Origin: an uncultured Chloroflexia bacterium
GTDB lineage: Bacteria; Chloroflexota; Dehalococcoidia; DSTF01; JALHUB01
DNA: 64,000 bases
NCBI GenBank assembly: GCA_963703345.1
Contig: OY969814.1
Location: forward strand, 1,888,001-1,952,000
Direction: 5' to 3'
A model generated the notes under the pieces. The model did not search any database. It was not told where the DNA came from and was given only the letters and a program-made list of their open reading frames with translations. The position numbers were made by a program, and so were the translations under genes. This document shows positions 60,559 through 64,000 of this stretch, in pieces. Position 1 is the stretch's first letter; each line of letters starts with the position of its first letter.

Positions 60559-60878
60559 CGAACGCCAAAGCCTCGAAGACGCGCGTGGCCGCAGAACGGC
60601 ATGCCGCCGAAGCAACGGGATCGGCCTGTTGGTCCGAAGACGTGTGGCAGAGCATCGGGTACTGATGGCTCAATCAACAACTGGTCGCACTGCCGCGTTC
60701 TTCACGTGCCTTTTGGTTTGACAAGAGGCACCACGTCGCTGATTCTGAGCTCGGAGGCGGGGGCCTGAGGCGAACCTTCCGGTCCCATTGACAAACGCTT
60801 CGGCAGCGCTATACTTGCTGCACCGGCCGTTCCCGCGATTCTCGAGCACAAGTATCCTCGCCGTCTAGAGAATGTACG

Positions 60879-62057
60879 ATGCGTCTCCGATCTATGTCCC
60901 GCTTCCTTCTCCTCGGAACACTGGCGATAGTCGCTCTGACTGCGAGCGCGGTGCGAACCCAACCGGCCCAGGCCAAGCCAATGAACGTCTTGGGCATCAA
61001 CCCTAGGCTTTGTTTCCTGATGACCCAGGGCAGAGACTGGAACGACAACGGGGTACTCGACAGCGGCGACAGCACGACGGCTCTTGTACAATGTCAGCAC
61101 CTTGACCAGCCTGGCGCAATCCAGAGCCTGGTACGCGTGCTCGGCGGAAATCCGGACAATCCCCAACCGTCCGACTTTGCACCAATTGACCTGGATGCAA
61201 ATCAGTTGCACGAGCAGGACGGCGTGCTGACGATCGTGGCCTTCGTGTCCAATGATGACCTGGTAACGTTTTCGACCGACAAGGGCATCTTCGACGCCAG
61301 TGGAACGGCCAGCGCCGTCTGCGGACCCGTTCCTTTCCAGGACGAGGACTGCGACGGCAATGGCGTCAGGGGCGACGGCGTCATCGCTGTCAATTTGATT
61401 GCCAACAACGCACCCCGCGGCCCGGGGACGGTAACCGTCAACCAAAGCGGCGTCGACACACTGCTGAATTTCACCATCACCGGGGAGCCCTCTCAGATCC
61501 ATCTCAGTATTGGTAAGGCAGTAGAAACTGGGGCAGCGAGTTGCCAATACCCACAAAGCGAGGCCGAATGGGGACAAGCTTCTACGGCGCGCCAAAAAAC
61601 GGTGATGCAGGCCCAGATTCTCGACTCTGACGGCAAGCCTTTGACGGCATCGCTCGTAAGATGGCAGACCGACGATCAGACAAAGGCAGTCACTGCCGCA
61701 CCGTTCGGCTGGACCACCGATCTGGGATCCGCGGGCTTTGCGGCGAGGAACGTTCTGTGCGGCGTGCATAACGCGGGACCAGTCACAGCCACGGCATCGA
61801 TCACCAACGGCGACAATGTACTGCCAAACGGCTTGGCCATCGATCCAATGGCTGGCGTAGCCTCCGCAAGCCTTTCGGAGACGGTGTTAGCGGCTGCAGC
61901 CGTCGGTGGCGTTGCGGAGCCTCCCGATTCCATTCAAAGCAGCGGCAATTCCGGCAAGACTGGCCTTACGCTGGCGGCGGCAACGGGATCGGTGGCGCTT
62001 CTTCTCGGCCTCGCTGCTGGCACTCGCTATGCTGGCAGGCGCCGGCGGGCAGAATAG
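60879..62057 (+). CDS. Secreted Ig-like protein with VGGVAEPP C-terminal anchor
   Basis: Signal peptide; AVGGVAEPP-linker-TM-RRRR tail. Confidence 0.75.
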   Translation: MRLRSMSRFLLLGTLAIVALTASAVRTQPAQAKPMNVLGINPRLCFLMTQGRDWNDNGVLDSGDSTTALVQCQHLDQPGAIQSLVRVLGGNPDNPQPSDFAPIDLDANQLHEQDGVLTIVAFVSNDDLVTFSTDKGIFDASGTASAVCGPVPFQDEDCDGNGVRGDGVIAVNLIANNAPRGPGTVTVNQSGVDTLLNFTITGEPSQIHLSIGKAVETGAASCQYPQSEAEWGQASTARQKTVMQAQILDSDGKPLTASLVRWQTDDQTKAVTAAPFGWTTDLGSAGFAARNVLCGVHNAGPVTATASITNGDNVLPNGLAIDPMAGVASASLSETVLAAAAVGGVAEPPDSIQSSGNSGKTGLTLAAATGSVALLLGLAAGTRYAGRRRRAE

Positions 62058-62241
62058 CTGGCCAGGAGAGGCTATGAGTCGAAACAGCGTGGCTGGCGGT
62101 GCCTGCGCGGACGGGCGTGAATCCCCTCGTTCGCCGAGCCACAATCCTTCGCAATTGCCACGCGCCCTCTGTCCGATTCGCGGAATCGTGCTATAATCCG
62201 CAAGTCATCCATCATCGCAGAATCCAACGAAAGGAGAGCCT

Positions 62242-62337
62242 ATGCCGTCTGTCGTTAAGAAGCGGCGGAAAAAGATCCGCAAGCACAAGTACCGCAAGAT
62301 GCTCAAGAAGACGCGCTGGCAACGCAAGCACAAGTAG
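62242..62337 (+). CDS. AURKAIP1/COX24-domain small protein (ribosomal protein bS22-like)
   Basis: MPSVVKKRRKKIRKHKYRKMLKKTRWQRKHK*; RBS AAGGAG; TGcTATAAT upstream. Confidence 0.88.
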   Translation: MPSVVKKRRKKIRKHKYRKMLKKTRWQRKHK

Positions 62338-62501
62338 GGGCGACGACCCCCCGAGCCCTGCTGCCTCTGCGTTCCTCTTCAGCGGCGTCGTTCTCGACAC
62401 CGATCCCCGTATCAACGCACACCGTCCAATCGACACTGCAGGCTGGCGCCCGCGGCTCGTGGTAGTGCGCCCTCCGCCCGTAGTACACTGATGGCGACAG
62501 C

Positions 62502-63038
62502 ATGGACGCGCCACAACTGCAGCCGCTCATCTCCAGACACGCCGTCCGCCGCCGCGTGCGCGCGCTGGCCGCGCAGCTCAGCCGCGACTACGAAGGACTT
62601 TCGCCGCTGTTCCTCGGCGTCCTCAAGGGATCCTACGTCTTCCTCGCCGACCTCGCGCGCTGCATGGTCGAGCCGCCGGAGGTCGACTTCATCCAGCTTT
62701 CCAGCTACGGTCTCAAGGGCACCGCCACCGACGGGAAGATCGAGATCTGCCTCAACCCCCGTAGCCAGATCCGCGGCAGGCATATCGTCATCGTCGAGGA
62801 CATCGTCGACTCCGGCGAGACGTTGCGCTTCCTGCGCGGCCACGTCGCCTCCATGCAGCCGGCCAGCGTTCGCGTTTGCGCCCTCCTGCTGCGAGAGCGC
62901 TCCAGACACCTGCTGAACGACCTCGTCGACTACGCCGGCTTCACCGTCCGCGACGGCTGGCTCGTCGGCTACGGCCTCGACCTTTCCGAGAAGTACCGCC
63001 ACTTGCCCGATCTCCACGTCGTCGAGGGCACGTCGTGA
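62502..63038 (+). CDS. hpt: Hypoxanthine phosphoribosyltransferase
   Basis: VLKGS, IVEDIVDSGETL, VGYGLD...YRHLP. Confidence 0.93.
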   Translation: MDAPQLQPLISRHAVRRRVRALAAQLSRDYEGLSPLFLGVLKGSYVFLADLARCMVEPPEVDFIQLSSYGLKGTATDGKIEICLNPRSQIRGRHIVIVEDIVDSGETLRFLRGHVASMQPASVRVCALLLRERSRHLLNDLVDYAGFTVRDGWLVGYGLDLSEKYRHLPDLHVVEGTS

Positions 63039-64000
63039 GCCTGCCCACTGCCAAACCAAGCGTTGCCGAGCTCATCGCTGTCGCTCGCGGCGACGCTCCC
63101 GGCGACCTTCTCTTCACCAACGGACGCGTCGTCAACACCCTCACCGGCGAGATCGAGGAGGTCGACGTCGTCGTTTTTGAAGGCCGCATCGCCGGCCTCG
63201 GCGGCGGTTACGGCGCCCGCGAGACCGTCGACCTCCGCGGCGCCTACCTCCTGCCCGGCTTCATCAACGGCCACACACACGTCGAGAGCTCCCACCTCTG
63301 GATCACCGAATACGCCCGCGCCGTCCTTCCGCACGGCACCATCGCCGTCGTCACCGACCTGCACGAGATCGCCAACGTCGTCGGCCTCCCGGGCGTGCGC
63401 GCGGTCGTCCAGGCCGCGGCCGCCCTGCCGCTGGACCTGCACCTCATGGCTCCTTCCTGTGTTCCCGCTACGTCGCTCGAAACCGCCGGCGCGACCATCG
63501 GGCCGGACGAAATCCGTCAGCTCATCGAAAGCGAAGGCGCGATCGGCCTCGGCGAGCTGATGGACTTCCCGGGCGCAATCGCCGCCGACCCGCGCCTCCT
63601 CGACAAGCTCGCAGCCGCCTTGAGGTATCCCATCGACGGTCATGCGCCCGGCCTCTCCGGCAGCGCGCTCAACGCCTACCTCTGCGCCGGCCCGCGCACC
63701 GACCACGAGTCAACGACGCCGGCCGAGGGCCGCGAAAAGCTCCGACGCGGCATGTGGCTGATGGTCCGCGAGGGCACGACCGAGAAGAACCTGGCCGACC
63801 TCCTTCCTCTCATCACCGACGCCACCGCTTCCCGCTGCCTCTTCGTCACCGACGACCGCTCCGCCGCCGACCTGCTCTCCGACGGCGACGTCAACGCCAT
63901 CGTCCGCAAGGCCGTCGCCCTCGGCCTCGATCCCGTGCGCGCCATCCAACTCGCCACGCTGAACCCCGCGATCTGCTTCGGGCTGCGCGACGTCGGTGCC
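63035..64000 (+). CDS. ade: Adenine deaminase (truncated by window end)
   Basis: Manual translation LIAVARGD...PGFINGHTHVESS...DLHEIANV...DGHAPG...TDHE...VTDD. Confidence 0.92.
   Translation, partial: MSLPTAKPSVAELIAVARGDAPGDLLFTNGRVVNTLTGEIEEVDVVVFEGRIAGLGGGYGARETVDLRGAYLLPGFINGHTHVESSHLWITEYARAVLPHGTIAVVTDLHEIANVVGLPGVRAVVQAAAALPLDLHLMAPSCVPATSLETAGATIGPDEIRQLIESEGAIGLGELMDFPGAIAADPRLLDKLAAALRYPIDGHAPGLSGSALNAYLCAGPRTDHESTTPAEGREKLRRGMWLMVREGTTEKNLADLLPLITDATASRCLFVTDDRSAADLLSDGDVNAIVRKAVALGLDPVRAIQLATLNPAICFGLRDVGA

Overview
GC-rich bacterial chromosome segment; the gene types suggest Chloroflexota/Dehalococcoidia, which is an inference. Core-looking genes lie at both ends. The left end has methylmalonyl-CoA epimerase, a mutase B12-binding domain and meaB. 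The right end has tRNA-Arg(CCG), GDSL and GNAT genes, comM, a bS22-like protein, hpt and adenine deaminase. Between them is a ~47 kb integrative element (about 7163-54450) bounded by a 53-bp direct repeat containing the 3' end of tRNA-Arg(CCG). It encodes a large serine recombinase whose reading frame crosses the att site, a primase-polymerase replicase, two P27-type small terminases each behind a cos-like tract, and a ParB-methyltransferase. No capsid, portal or large terminase gene was recognised, so it looks like a satellite or tycheposon-like element. Its cargo is organised as integrase-less cassettes separated by repeats made of a conserved arm plus a tRNA fragment (tRNA-Lys x4, tRNA-Val x4, tRNA-Asp-like x2), and by Xer-like sites beside a tyrosine recombinase. 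The cargo includes a type III R-M system, cyclic-nucleotide signalling proteins, cohesin/RCC1 surface proteins, and a MerB-like gene with two in-frame TGA codons, each followed by a SECIS-like hairpin (probable double selenoprotein).
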